Shown piece after piece: positions 1 to 13,243 of a stretch of DNA of 64,000 nucleotides. The notes beneath the pieces were generated by a model, which searched no databases, was not told where the DNA came from, and worked only from the letters and a program-made list of their open reading frames with translations. Position 1 is the first letter of the stretch; each line of letters starts with the position of its first letter. The DNA comes from the human T2T-CHM13v2.0 reference genome, Homo sapiens, in the NCBI RefSeq assembly GCF_009914755.1, contig NC_060929.1; one strand, 5' to 3'. Made by a program: the position numbers and the translations under genes.

Positions 1-2970
1 AAGGTTTCTTTTGGAGTTGACTTTCAGTTTTATTCCACTGTGGTCTGAGAGAGTGCTTGATAAAATTTCAATTTTCTTAAATTTACTGAGGCTTTTTTAT
101 GGCCTATCATATGGTCTATCTTGGAGAAAGTTCCATTTGCTGTTGAATAGAATGTGTATTCTGTGGTTGTTGGATGAAATGTTCTGCATATATCTGTTAA
201 GTCCATTTGTTCCAACGTATAGTTTAAATTCATTGTTTCTTTGTTGACTTTCTGTCTTGATGACCTGTCTAGTGCTGTCAGTGGAAGCCCCCCATTATTA
301 TTATGTTGCTGTCTATTTCATTTCTTAGGTATATTTGTAGTTGCTTTATAAATATGGGAGCTCCAGCATTAGGTGCATATATGTTTAGGTTTGTGATATC
401 TTCCTGTTGGACAAGGCCTTTTACCATTACATAATGTCCTTCTTTGTCTCTTTTAACTGCTGTTGCTTTAAAGTTTGTTTTGTCTGACATAAAAATAGCT
501 ATTCGTGCTTGCTTTTGGTGTCCATTTGCATGAAATGTCTTTTTCCACCACTTTACTCTAAGTTTATGTGAGTCCTTATGTGTCAGGTGAGCTTCTTGAA
601 GGCAGCAGATGCTTGGTGAGTTCTTATCCATTTTGCGGTTCTGTATCTTCTAAGTGGAGCATTTAGGCCATTTACATTCAATGTTAGTACTGAAATGTGA
701 GGTACTATTGCATTCATCGTGCTATTCATTGCCTGTGTATTTTTTTTTTTTTTTTGCTTTTTAACTTGTATTTTTGTTTTATAGGTCCTGTATGATTTAT
801 GCTTTGAAGAGATGCTGTTTTGATGTGTTTCCAGAATTTGTTTCAATATTTAGAACTCCTTTTAGCAGTTCTTGTAGTGGTGGTTTGGTAGTGACAAATT
901 CAGCATTTGTTTGTCTGAAAAAGACTGTATCTTTCCTTCCTTCATGTATGATGCTTAGTTTCCCTGGATACAAAATTATTTTCTGATTTTTGTTTGAGGA
1001 GGCTGAAGATAAAGCCCCAATCCCTTCTAGCTTGAAGGGTTTCTGCTGAGAAATCTGCTGTTAATCTGATAGGTTTTCTTTTATAGGTTACGTGGTGCTT
1101 GTGTCTCACAGCTCTTAAGATTCTTTCCTTTGTCTTACCTTTGGATAACCTGGTGACAATGTGCCTAGGTGATGATCTTTTTGTGATGAATTTCCCAGGT
1201 ATTCTTTGTGCTTCTTGTATTTGGATGTCTACATCTCCGGCAAGGCTGGGGAAGTCAATTATTCCCCCAAATACGTTTTCCAAGCTTTTTAGAATTCTCT
1301 TCTTCCTTGGGAACACTGCTTATTTTCAGATTTGGTTGTTTAACATAATCCCAGGCTCCTTGGAGGCTTTGTTAATATTTTCTTCTTCTTTTTTCTTTGT
1401 CTTTGTTGTATTGGGTTAATTCAAACACCTTGTCTTAGAGCTCTGAATTCCTTTCTTCTACTTGTTCAATTGTATTACAGGGACTTTCCAGAGCATTTTG
1501 CATTTTTATAAATTTGTCCAATGTTTCCTGAATTTTTTGTTTATTTTTATTTTTATTTTTTCTGTAAGCTGTCTATTTCCTTAAATATTTCTCCCTTCAC
1601 TTCTTGTATCATTTTTCGGATTTCCTTGCACTGGGCTTCACCTTTCTCTGGACTCCCTGATCAGCTTAATAACTAACCTCTTGAATTCTTTTTCAGGTAA
1701 ATCAGGGATTTCTTCTTGGTTTGGATCTATTGCTGGTGAACTACTGTGATTTTGTGGGGGTGTTAAAGAGCCTTGTTTTGTCATATTACCAGGGTTGGTT
1801 TTCTGATTCCTCCTCATTTCGCTAGGCTCTCTCAGAGGAAAGGTCTAGGGCTGAAGGCTGTTGTTCAGATTATTTTGTTCCGTGAGGTGTTCCCCCTTTT
1901 CCTATGGATGTGATTTCCTGTGAGCCAAACTGCAGTGATTGTTGTCTCTCTTCTGGGTCTAGCTACCCAGCAAGTCCACCCAGCTCTGGGCTGGTACTGG
2001 GGATTGTCTGCACAGTCCTGTGATGTGAACCAACTATGGGTCTTTCAGCCATGGATACCAGCGCCTGTTCCCGTGGAGGTGGCAGGGGTTGCAAATGGAC
2101 TCCATGAGGGTTCTTAGCTTTGATGGTTTAATGCTGTATTCCTGTGCTTGTTGGCCTCCTGCCAGGAAGTGGCACTTCCCAGAGAGCATCAGCTGAAGTA
2201 GTGTGGAGAAGGGCCGGCAGTGGCTGGGGCCCTGGAACTCCCAAGATTATATGCCCTTTGTCTTCTGCTACCAGGACAGGTAGGGAAGGACCATCAGGTG
2301 GGGGCTGGACTAGATGTGCCTGAGCTCAGACTGTCATTGGGTGGGTCTTGTTGTGGCTGTTGTCGGGGATGGGGGAGAGATTCCCAGGTCACTGGAGTTG
2401 TGTACCTAGGAGGATTATGGCTGCCTCTGCTCAGTCATGTGTGTTGTCAGGGAAGTGGAGGAAAGCTGACAGTTACAGGTCACACTCAGCTCCCACACAA
2501 ACCAAAGGGCCAGTCTCATTCCCACCATGTACCCGTGCAACAGCCCAGAGTCTGATTACAGCAAGCCTCCAGATGGATTGGTGCCAGGCAGGAATGGGCT
2601 GCTTAGGGACCCAGCAAGCTCCCAGGGCCTTTCTGCTGCTTCCTCTACCCCTGTATTTTGCTTGGCTGTCTAAATCGACTCAGCTCCAGGTAAAGTCAGA
2701 AACTTCTCCCTCAATTTCTCCAGTGGGGGCATGTGTTCAGGATAGCAGGCTCTCTCTTTCCCACTTCCACTGTTGGGGCACTCACAATATTTGGGGTGTC
2801 TCCCAGGTCCTACAGGAGCAGTCCCCTTCCTTCAGAGGGTCTGTGGGGCCTCTTGAGATTGTTTGTTTGTTCTTGCAGTTCTGGAGTTAAAATTCACCAT
2901 GTGAGTCTTCACACACTGCTCTCTCTGGAGCTGCAATCTAGTCGTGTCTCCTGTCTGCCATGATTATCCT
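1..2970 (-). mobile_element. L1PB/L1PBa-type LINE-1, 5' part (5'UTR, decayed ORF1, start of ORF2 endonuclease); continues past window start
   Basis: Minus-strand ORFs match L1 ORF2 EN (HISVLTLNVNGLNAP; CCLQEAHL; NIYAPN; DLTDICRTFHP) and ORF1 (QIQEAQRIP; KPIRLTADFSAETLQARRDW). The minus-strand 5' end reads ATCATGGCAGACAGGAGACACGACTAGATTGCAGCTCC, like the L1PB 5' end. Many stops and frameshifts. Confidence 0.9.
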
Positions 2971-4203
2971 AGAGGTTCACGAATGTTCCTAAGAATTCAT
3001 TACTTTTGGAATCTAGTTGTACTGGAGCAGTGACATTACACAGTTCTCTAAGTTACTCATATGCCCATAAGAAGAAGCAATCTAAACAACATAAAAATGA
3101 CACCTCTAAATATTTTTATCCTACAAAAGCATGCATTAGATGACAAGTGAGTTATGTGAGTCTGTAATTAACATAAACTATTTTATTTTTGTTCTTTTTG
3201 GTGGGGAATAGAGATGAAGAAAACTAGGAAAGTAAGTGCTTTATGTAATTCATAGAGAATAGCACACAAATTTTTATTGGTGATGAGGTAACAGAATGAG
3301 AGTAGTAAGGGAGACAAGGGATTAACTTGCTGTGTGTCAGTTCCCAAATGAGTGTGCATTTACAGTTACAGTATGGGTCTTGACTATCTCAGTTCCCAGA
3401 ATTCCCAGGTGTAATGCCTATGTCTGTTTTTTGTTTTTTTTTTTTCTTTCTTTCTCTTAAGCTGCCAGGGATCAGCTTGGTTTATGGTTCTGGCTTGGAA
3501 TTTCTTCTCGTCTCTGATATTTGGGGTTCGAAAAGTTTTATTTCTATATCTATTATAACTTAACATGTTTCTGAATTTTGTTACATTTTATTTGGCATTT
3601 AATGTTGGAATTAGAACAGAATCACCTTAGTCTAAAATCTAGCAGAAATAAAGGTTATGTACACGTATATAATTTTCATAATTATTATTTTAAAATCTGA
3701 ACTTAAAATGCCAAACAAATTGTAATACTCGGTTCATAACACATTAAAATCTTAACTTTCCCTCTTATGCTATGCCTCCTACAATATGTACTAAATTATT
3801 AATTTTATAATGGCTTTAAGTTTATTATGCATATATATTTATTTAAACTAGGTAGTGATATTTTGGACCTGAATGTGTTTTAACTTAGTTAAGTTTTATT
3901 TTGCTATAGATTTCCTAATGCATTTTGCAAAAAAGCCCACACTTTTTAAGATTGATTTAAGTTGTTGCTGTATGTCTAGTTCAATGCTTTTGCCTGCTTA
4001 TAGAATTCCTTTGTAAGTATTCAGTAAAATTGTCTCATCTATTATCCCTGTATTAAACACTGACCTCATTTTTCTAACTTTGCCTGTTTTCTAATAAATG
4101 CATATGAGCTATGTAATTTTAAGTTTTGCTTTAATGTGTCCCACCAATTTTGATTTATTTTATTTATTTTTCAGTGTTGGCTATTTTCCTTTCAATTTAT
4201 ATC

Positions 4204-4782
4204 AGTAGTCAACATTTTCTGTAAAGAGACAGATAATAAATATTTTTGGCTGTATTGGCCACATAGTCTCTGTTACAATTACTCCAGTCTTTCATTGTAG
4301 CATGAAAGCAATATAAAAATACATTAAAAGTGAGTGTGGTGAAATTTGGCACTTTGTGAGTACTATGGTCTGAATATGCCCCCAGATTCATGTGCTGGAA
4401 ACCTAACTCCCAACGCAACAGTGTTGGGAGGTGGGGCTTTCTGGGAAGTGTTTACGTCATGAGGGCTTCCCTCTTGTGAATGGATTAATGCCTTTATAAA
4501 GTGGCTTGATGGAGGGAATTTTCCCCATTTTTTCCCTTCTACCTCTTGCCATTTGAGCACAGAGAGCACCTCTTTTCCAGAGGACAGCATTCAAGGCTCT
4601 AGTTTGGAAGCAGAGAGCAGCCCTAACCAAATGATAACATGTTGGCCTTGTACTATTTAGCCTCCAGAGCTGTGAGTAATAAATTTTTGTCCTTTATAAA
4701 TTACTCAGTCTGTGATATATTGTTTTAGCAGCACAAACTGGATTAAGACAGTGGGCCACAATCTGTAGTCTGCCAATGCCCA
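4204..4782 (+). mobile_element. MER58A (hAT-Charlie MITE), split by an MLT1A LTR
   Basis: TTTTCTGTAAAGAGACAGATAATAAATATTTTTGGC...ATAGTCTCTGTTACAATTACT before the LTR; GTAGTCTGCCAATGCCC terminal-repeat remnant after it. Confidence 0.7.
4361..4750 (+). mobile_element. MLT1A/MLT1A0 solo LTR (ERVL-MaLR)
   Basis: Starts TACTATGGTCTGAATATGCCCCCAGATTCATGTG; ends GCAGCACAAACTGGATTAAGACA; AATAAA near 4678; near-TSD GTGAG/GTGGG. Confidence 0.8.
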
Positions 4783-5265
4783 AATTTCATTTTAAGCTAA
4801 ACTAAGAAATTAAAATTAAAACTTAAATATCATTTTCCACCTTGTCCTAAATATGCACACCTCAGCATGTTCTGATCTTTTATTTATTTATTTGGTAGCT
4901 TTTACTCTTCTTCTTCCACCTCTTGCCACATAGGTGTTATCAAAAATGTAACCCCAGGCAAATATATACTGTTTATAGAAATGGATACTAATTGTTATTT
5001 TCCATAGTCTACAAAGTCTTTTTGCCATTATTTATTTTCTAAAAATTGTCTAATTTTTTTTTACATTCTGAAAACCTCTATGCCTACAATTATACTTACT
5101 GTGTGTTCACATTAAGTAATAGTTCAGCTGGGTGTAAAATCCTAGTTTAATATTATTTTCCTTCAAAATGCTAAACATATTATGCAATATTCTTTCTCTT
5201 GTGTGTTTCTAAAAAGTATGATGTAAACATGATTTTTTAATTATGTGTATGTTTCTCTTTCCTTC

Positions 5266-5762
5266 TATAGTAAGCAGAATAATGGTCCCTCAAATATGTC
5301 TTCACCCTAATTCTTGGAACCCATACATTTATATTACATGGTCAAAGATAAGTAAGGTTGTAGATGTAATAAAGGTTGTTAATCAGGTCACAGAGATGGA
5401 AAAATTTTTTTGAATCATATGGACAGGACCAAGTTAGATTCAAGGGTCCTTAAAAGTGGAAGAAGGAGGCAGAAGAGTAGGACAGGGTGCTTGGTGTGCA
5501 AATAACTTAATGTGCCATTACTGACCTTTTAGATGAAAGAAGTAGGCCACAAGCCAAGGAATGAGGATAGATTCTAGGAAAGCAAGAAAATGGATTACCC
5601 TAGGAGCCTAAAGAAGAACTGCAAATCCTACCAACACCCTGATTTTAGCTCGTGAAAACTTGTGTCAGATATCTGAACTCCAGAACTGTAAGGTAATAAA
5701 TATGTGTTGTTTCATCTTACTAAGCTTGTAAGTGGTTACAGCAGCAATAGAAAATTAATATA
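5266..5762 (+). mobile_element. MLT1D/MLT1E-type solo LTR
   Basis: Starts TATAGTAAGCAGAATAATGGTCCC; ends ACAGCAGCAATAGAAAATTAATATA; near-TSD CCTTC/CCCTC. Confidence 0.8.
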
Positions 5763-7554
5763 CCCTCCAATAATCTATTAGTTTTTCAGTCACTAACGTT
5801 AGGAAAATTTATTATGACATTTTTGTAAGGATATGTTCTCTTACCTGTCCAGTTGTGCAGTATGTAGTCACTTTCATATTAATATTTTTGTCCATGTGTG
5901 CTCAAATGTGTAGTTATAGTGAGGAAGAAGGAAAAAAATAATGTAACTGAATTGGTCAGACTGTCCAAATCTCTTATTATTCCCCCCTCTGTACAGCTGG
6001 GCTTTTCATACATTGTGGCATAACTCAGTTGATCATGGACACATCAGGATGGTGTTGCTATTTTTCTGTATTTTACTAGAATCTCAATGATCTTCCAATG
6101 GCATAATAGGGCATAATAAAGAGCAGAGGAAAGCTTAAAGCGAAACTATAAGAAATTATTATGTCAATATAAAGCAGGACATATAGGTAAGAAAAGCACA
6201 GCCCAGATTTGAGGCATAGTTGAGAAGTGTAAACCTGATGAATAAGCTAAAAGAGATTATTTGACTCTGGCCCTTTTCTTTTTAATCTAAGAATATCACA
6301 CTTTCACTAAGACTCATGAAGAATTTAAGAAATATAAAATTTTATTTTTAGAATTGTCCTCATAGAGGAGTAAAAAGAGAGTTCAGCCCACTTTTTCAAT
6401 ATGTTCAGAATCAAATTAATGACAAATATGCCAATATAGAACATGCATCCAAGATGAATGTATCAGCGTTTATGCATCACCGAATTTTATTTTTGTTACC
6501 ATTTCTTTATATAAATTTTTGATAAATCTTTGTTCACGTGTAAATTCAAAAAGCCCTTTTGGGCTGCTTTATTGACTACTTGAACACACTGGGGATACTA
6601 TTATTAATGTGATGAAATCTGTGGCAGAATGTTTATGTCACATGCTGTCATCTACAGTGTCATAACCTAATGTGAAATTGATGAAGAGCCTCATGAACCT
6701 GTCAGCTAGATGCAGTTGCAATTTAATTTCCTCAGTCTTTTATCAATTATATCCCATTTACAACAAGAGAGTTGAGGTTTAAACAAGCTGACCTTTGAAA
6801 ATATTTCATGTTTGACATCAATATTTTTTCACTGCTACAATTGAATTACATTATAAAGACAAAGATTGTAAAGGTACTGGCACTGCACGTTAAAATACAT
6901 TATGAAACAGACTTATTGTAACAATGGCAAAAACATATTTACCTGAAATATTCTCTTTTCATCATTTGATCATTTGTGCTCCATATTCAAATGTGATACT
7001 AACATATATTATTCAAAACAGTGAACTAAAAATGTTATGAGAAACCTATACCCATTTGCACAAGTAGTATAAATATAACCCAGTAGGAAGTCAGAAATTG
7101 TGGATTTGTTTTTAAAGGCTAGGCACTTTGCTGCCTCTGTCTTTTGAATTCAATAGCTGTATGAGACTGTTATGAGCACTGGATAAGAAATCTGATTTTA
7201 TGAAAAGTGATTACTTAATTGCCAGAGAGCTATGGCAGTGTACACAAATAATTGAGTAGTTAACAAAACTTTGTACCTCTGTTTTTAAAATTGAGGGCTC
7301 TGCATAAAATGAATTTAAAAACTAAAACATAATACAAACATTAAGTATATCACACAATCAGATTTTTCTAAATGAAACTTATTAAATGGGTTTTTGTGTA
7401 TTCTTACTATTTCAGCATATAAAATGTGTTGTCTATTATGCACTGCAATAAAAAATGTTTGAAGCCACAGATGTACAGTGCTCAGAATGCTGTTATTCAC
7501 ATCTAATTATTGTATATAACTGACTTTGGTATAGATTCCTTTGAAATCTTTATA

Positions 7555-7715
7555 ATAATAATTAATATGTATTGAGCATCTACTGTATTACAAGGACATT
7601 GTTCTAGGCTAAACACAAATATATTCAACTTATTCTCAAAAATGTTATATGATAGATGACATTACATCCAATGAGGAAGAGAGCTTAAGTTAGTTGTCCA
7701 AATATGCATAATTTG
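7555..7715 (-). mobile_element. MIR relic
   Basis: TATTGAGCATCTACTGT...ATGAGGAAGAGAGCTTAAGTTAGTTGTCCAA, a diverged MIR core. Confidence 0.5.
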
Positions 7716-8828
7716 GGTTATAATAATCCTTAAATCTTTAAGAGAAAACTAGGTGCATATGAGTTTTTAATGATTCAACCTTTATTGACAATTATCTATG
7801 ATGTATATTAATAAGTAATATTGAAGAATCATTAAGAATATACATTACTTAGAAATAATTATGCAAGTGAAAGAAACCCAATTTTAAATAGATTGTGTGA
7901 AAGGAAATTTTATTACTTTATGCAATCAAGATAGCAGGTATATAATTAAAAACAACAGTAACCAAACTTGACTCTTTTGACCGCTTGTCACTTATGCAGA
8001 TCTTGATCATTTTCTTTTAAAGATTTTCTGTCTTGTGGCTCTACCCACCAGCTTCTGTCTTTGAGCAGGGGTACTTTGCGAGGCCCAGTGAGACGGAGCG
8101 AATCTTCCCTCTGCTCTCATACTATATCCCATTGGACCATAGTTTGCAATGGTAGGGTTTATTAATTCTGATAAACAAGGGACACACAGTTGGAAAGGTT
8201 TGACTGGATCCTGGGGCAATGATCTTTTCTAATTTATCTGACTTTTTCTGTATACGTCTCTTTTTAGATAGTTCACTAACTTTAGCATGGAGCAATGAAT
8301 TCAGTTTTTGGAATTTGGCAATTTATGATTTCCAGTCCTCAGCAGTCTTGGCTCACTGGAATCAGAAAGAATGGAGTTCCTTTTACTAAAGTGTTCTTCA
8401 CTGAAATATGTTGAATAATACTATAAGAAGGGTAACCAGAATATTTCCATACTGATTTATTTTTAAACAGTGTTCCGAAGTCTCAGAAAGAGTTTATATG
8501 TGACTGAAATTCAAAGTACTACAGTAATTACTTAGTCAACTGATTTGTAACCCTGTTGCAAATGGACAAAGCAAATTTGATGATGTAAGCAGGTCTAAAA
8601 CTTTCTACAACTTGTTCAGCATGTGTAAGGTAGTACCAGATCTCTACCTTTTTGTGCTCTTACCATAGTTTTCACAAAATATTCACCCAAAGTGTAACAA
8701 AGAAAAGCCTCTGTAAGCAATACTTCATAAAAGTGTCTTATAATTTCTACGAAAAGGGTATAAAAATCAGTGAGTTTTGTAGACATTTCCCATTTATATA
8801 ATGTCTCAGGCAAGATAAGTTAATGGAC

Positions 8829-9205
8829 TTCTTTAGTCAGCTTGGGCTGCCATAATAAATTACCATGGACTGGGTGGCTTAAACAACAGGAATTATTTTC
8901 TTAAGGTTCTGGAGGCTATAAGTCTAATACCTAGGTAACAGCTTGGTCAATTTCTGGTCAAGGCTCTCTTCCTTGGCTTGCAGATAGCTGCCTTCTTGTT
9001 TCCGCTCATGGAGGCACAAAGAGAAGAACAAGCTCTCTCTTTTCTCTTCTTATTAAGACACTAATCCCATCATGATAGTTTCAGCCTCATAACCGCATCT
9101 AAACCTAATTATCACCCAAAGGCCCCATTTTCAAATAACATCATACTGAGGGTTCAGGGCTTCACTATATGACTTTGGAGAGAGGGGCACATTCACTGCA
9201 TAGCA
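8829..9205 (-). mobile_element. MLT1A-C-type solo LTR
   Basis: TTAGTCAGCTTGGGCTGCCATAATAAATTACCATGGACTGGGTGGCTTAAACAACAG...GGCTTCACTATATGA...CACATTCACTGCATAGCA. Confidence 0.8.
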
Positions 9206-9294
9206 GAACTAGAGTCTTATCATGCATTTAGGGGGACGTCTGGTTGGCTTATGTTGACTGCAAGAAACAGAATTTTGGACACTTCCTTTTGGAG

Positions 9295-9375
9295 GTACCC
9301 CATTACAGTGCATATCACAATGTCTGGCATGTAGAAGGCACTTAACTATATTGAATTTGGGAATGGATGAATGAA
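9295..9375 (+). mobile_element. L2 3' end relic
   Basis: ACAATGTCTGGCATGTAGAAGGCACTTAA...GAATGGATGAATGAA tail. Confidence 0.5.
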
Positions 9376-9404
9376 CACCTCAAACTCAACATCTTTAAGG
9401 AATT

Positions 9405-9655
9405 ATGGTGCAGTGGCTATGAATTTATATTCTGAAGCTGGACTTCCAAGAATTGAATTGGACCTTGCCACTTATTTGCTATATAATCGTTGGAAAGTTA
9501 CTGAACTTATCTGTGCTTCAAATTTTTCAACTATAAAATGAAGATAACAATAGTATCTGTGAAAACAGGGCTTCTTAAGAGTTAACTATACTAATACAAA
9601 GTGAGTAAAATAGTGCCTAGTACATTGTAAGTCCTAAATATTCTTTAGTTGTTTA
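9405..9655 (+). mobile_element. MIR
   Basis: GGTGCAGTGG...TTGCCACTTATTTGCT...AAGTTACTGAACTTATCTGTGCTTCA...TATAAAATGAAGATAACAATAGTATCT. Confidence 0.7.
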
Positions 9656-9810
9656 ATATTTATTTTTGAAGTCCAGTTCATCATACTTAACAACATTTGC
9701 AGTCATTCACTTTCCTTAAATGTTCATGGCAGTCCCCGACATAGTCATCCACCCAGTTGTTCAAGCCACAAACTTTTCCCATTTCTTTCTCTTGCCCTTT
9801 TCATAATTTT

Positions 9811-10143
9811 CTTCTTTTTTCCCCCTTTTTTTCTTTTCTTTTCTTTTCTTTCTTCTCAGATTGAGTCTCACTCTTTTGCCCAGGCTGGAATGCAAGTGTT
9901 GCGAACTCAGCTCGCTGCAACCTCCACCTCCTGGGTTCAAGTGATTTTCCTGCCTCATCCTCCCAAGTGGCTGGAACTACAGGCATGCACCACTATGCCG
10001 AGCTAATTTTTGTATTTTTAGTAGAGATGGGGTTTCGCCATATTGGCTAGGGTGCCCTGGAACCCCTGACCTCAGGTGATCCACCCACCTTGGCCTCCCA
10101 AAGTAAGTGCTGGGATTACAGGCATGAGCCACCATGCATGGTC
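9811..10143 (-). mobile_element. AluS (Sp/Sq/Sx-like), full length
   Basis: Dimeric Alu with a TTTTC-rich tail; perfect 15-bp TSD CCTTTTCATAATTTT at 9796-9810 and 10144-10158. Confidence 0.95.
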
Positions 10144-13100
10144 CCTTTTCATAATTTTTATGTATGCACATGTTTACTCATTCTCCAGATGCAAGCTAAA
10201 AAGTTTTCCTTTTTCCTTGCATAAATTATCTTGAGAAATTTTCACATCCTTGGATTTAGCCCCATATTCATAAGCATTTTTAACAAAAGTTATTATATTA
10301 CTGTATTTCAATTCTTTTTGGTAAATGTATTTATTGCTTATCTCACAATATATATAGTAAATAATATAACAAATGCTTAATAAGTCTGTGTTGAAGTAAT
10401 TGAACCAAAGACCACATTTTGAAAGAAAAATGAATGTGGCATGTAAAATCAATTTATATAGCAATATAACATTTTTATATGTGGGAGTGAAAGGGTGCAG
10501 AAATTTTCCTAAAAGTGGATGAATTCTGACAGAAATGTATATGTGTTTTAGGGAAGAGTGATGTGGTTAATGATCTATTTCTTTTTATACTTCTAATGGC
10601 TATAAAGCTCTTCTAAAAATACTTATTGAAGACTAAAGTTTTTCAATAAATAGATCCATAAGCGACTCAAGCCTCTTTGTCACTTTTATTTCTAGTAAGT
10701 GGCAAAATGACACTTTCTTTGATTTGGTTAGTTGTTTCTCCTAGCAACTCCCTAGGAGGTTAATGCGTTCTGAAATGCCCAAGTGGTCAGAGAAAGAAAA
10801 ATAAGTAGGAAGAAAAAAGAAACCTGAAACTCATACCAAAAAAAAAAAAAATGAATTATTTAAGTGAGCTGTATTTTAAAACTATGAAATTTTTATTAAT
10901 ATAAATAATTTTTATAAACTATATAGAAGAGATGAGAAGTATTTTTTTTTCCTGTGCAAAGGGAAAACTATATGGGCTCTTACAAGCTTGCTGACAGAAT
11001 AAAAATTAAAATTAGCTTCCTCATTGGTAGACTGGATTTACACTACTTGACAAACTTGAAGATTAAATAAAGCAATATATAAAACCCTTAGCGTTTTATA
11101 CATAACTTGGTTTGCTAAAATTTCACTTTAATTTAGTGCTAAAGATTTTCTAAGTACCATTATTGTTAAATTAGCCAAACCAGTTATCTATCCTTAAAAT
11201 ACAAATCAATTGTATTGACAATATGCATTTTAATGCTTTAAATATATTTACATGTATTTTATTATGTAAAAATTTAAAATATATGAAAATTTTACTATAT
11301 AAAATTTAATATATACACACAGTATATATTATATAATATAAATATATATAATTCATTACTGTTTTGTAGAGAATTGCAGAAGCTAATAAATATAGGAATT
11401 TTGTTGTCAACCCAAACCTGCCCCTATTCTCTGACCCCTAAATTATATATAAGGTCCATAATCATTTTGTTATTATTATTGTACATCACAATATGGCTGA
11501 TAATCGCAGTTGAGGGATTTGTTACTTGCCACAAATAATTTCACTGGTTACACCATTAAACAATTATTACTGATCTTAAGTGCCAGAACACTTTATATCA
11601 GCAAAACGTTCTGTTAAAATATGTTTAAACTTTTCATTTCCTTTATTTCTTCCACTTTTGTGTTTCTTTCCCAATTAGAAGTAATTCTGTTGAGAAACCT
11701 CAAGGTAGAATGCAAATGTTTATTAAATGTGTATTCAAACCCTGCAGTCATAGGTAAACTAGTGCAGTTCTCACACATTGCAGCTTGGCTAGTAGGTGGC
11801 TTTTTATTTGAAACTACTTTTCCTAGGGAATGACAAAAAATGAAGAAGTCAATGATCTGTAAATTTCAACTAAAATGTTGAAGATGATTTTGTAGATAAA
11901 TACTTTTGATTATAGTCCACAATATCTAGAGTTCAACATCTGTTTAGCCAATGACCCTACATCTTGTTGTTCTTGTTATTGTTTTGTTGCATTGTTATTA
12001 AGGATTTTATGTAAACTTTCAAAAAGGTGGATATAAAGAAAAGAAAGCTTGATTTTTTTTATTTCTAATTCAACATACACAGAAGCCAACCAACCAAGAA
12101 AAAATGAGTAGAAACATGGATAGGCAGGAGAAGAAAAGAAAATAAAAAGCTCTCAGGTAAATTATTTTTATGCTAATTAATTTTATGAATTTTCTGTGAT
12201 CAATAGCCACAATAGGATGGCTGTAGATAAAAATAAACACAAATCAATTACTTCTGCCCATTTGTGTATTATATTATTCTACTTTCTATGTTAAACTATT
12301 GTGATTAATTTCTCCTACCTTTTGTATTAGATTACTTAGTTGCCATCTGACAGCCACGATTTGAGGAGCCATAACTTATCAAAATGTGAGCAGAATTTCT
12401 CTAAGCATGCAAAGAGATTCACAAAATCACTTGTCTAATAGTCAAAATATGCAATTTGTTTATGGACTACGCTTTTAAAAATCATCAGAAAATAACAAAA
12501 AAGTGACAATTCAACATTTAAGTGGCATATAATGTTAACTATCGAAATAATTATTGTCTTTTTCAATTCTTTGGATTTTTTTGGAACTTTATAGACAACA
12601 TAAGCAACACATTAAACTAAGTGAGCTTATGTTAAGTGCATACATTTTATTAAGCTGACGTTACAAAGTAATTGGTCCAGCCCTAAAAAGTATCCAAATT
12701 GATGTCACTTGAAAAGTAGGACATTCACAAAATGTATGATATGCCTTCTCATGCAGTCTGGTTTCACCTTTGGTATGAATTATTCAAAATAACAGCTATT
12801 TCAAAGGCAATTTATGATTGAAACTGGAAAATCTTAAGAGTACATATTTGTATCAAATTTAGTTTTCCTAGTAATGTTCCAGTTTAATTTTAATAAGAAA
12901 TTTTAAAAAAGACTTTAAATATAATCCTACAGACATTGGGGATACAGAGATGTGTCCATGAGTAGGGCAAAATTGAAACAAAGGAAACTGTTTGTTTTTA
13001 ATAGCTCTTTTAATCTGCCCCAACTTCCTTATCTCCTCATTCTCCCTCCCATTCCTTTTTTCACAACACAACTGAGTACTATCAGATTATGTAGACCATC

Positions 13101-13243
13101 TCTCCACATTAGTCAATAAGATGACCTTGTCCTATAAAAATGCCTGTCTAGTGTCAAAATTCCCTCGGATCCTGATAGCTGCTACTTGATGAGATACAGT
13201 ATTGTCTCCTGAGATGTTTATAGGTCTTACTGTGTTAGCACAT

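Noticed and set aside
1920-2963. Plus-strand ORFs up to 180 aa as an ORF0-like antisense gene
   Set aside because: They lie in a decayed GC-richer L1PB 5'UTR, mostly use non-ATG starts and resemble no protein I recognise.
10174-10464. 96-aa minus-strand ORF, and similar AT-rich ORFs at 14754-15071 and 62068-62454
   Set aside because: F/L/I/K-biased composition typical of chance ORFs; no domain or convincing splice structure.
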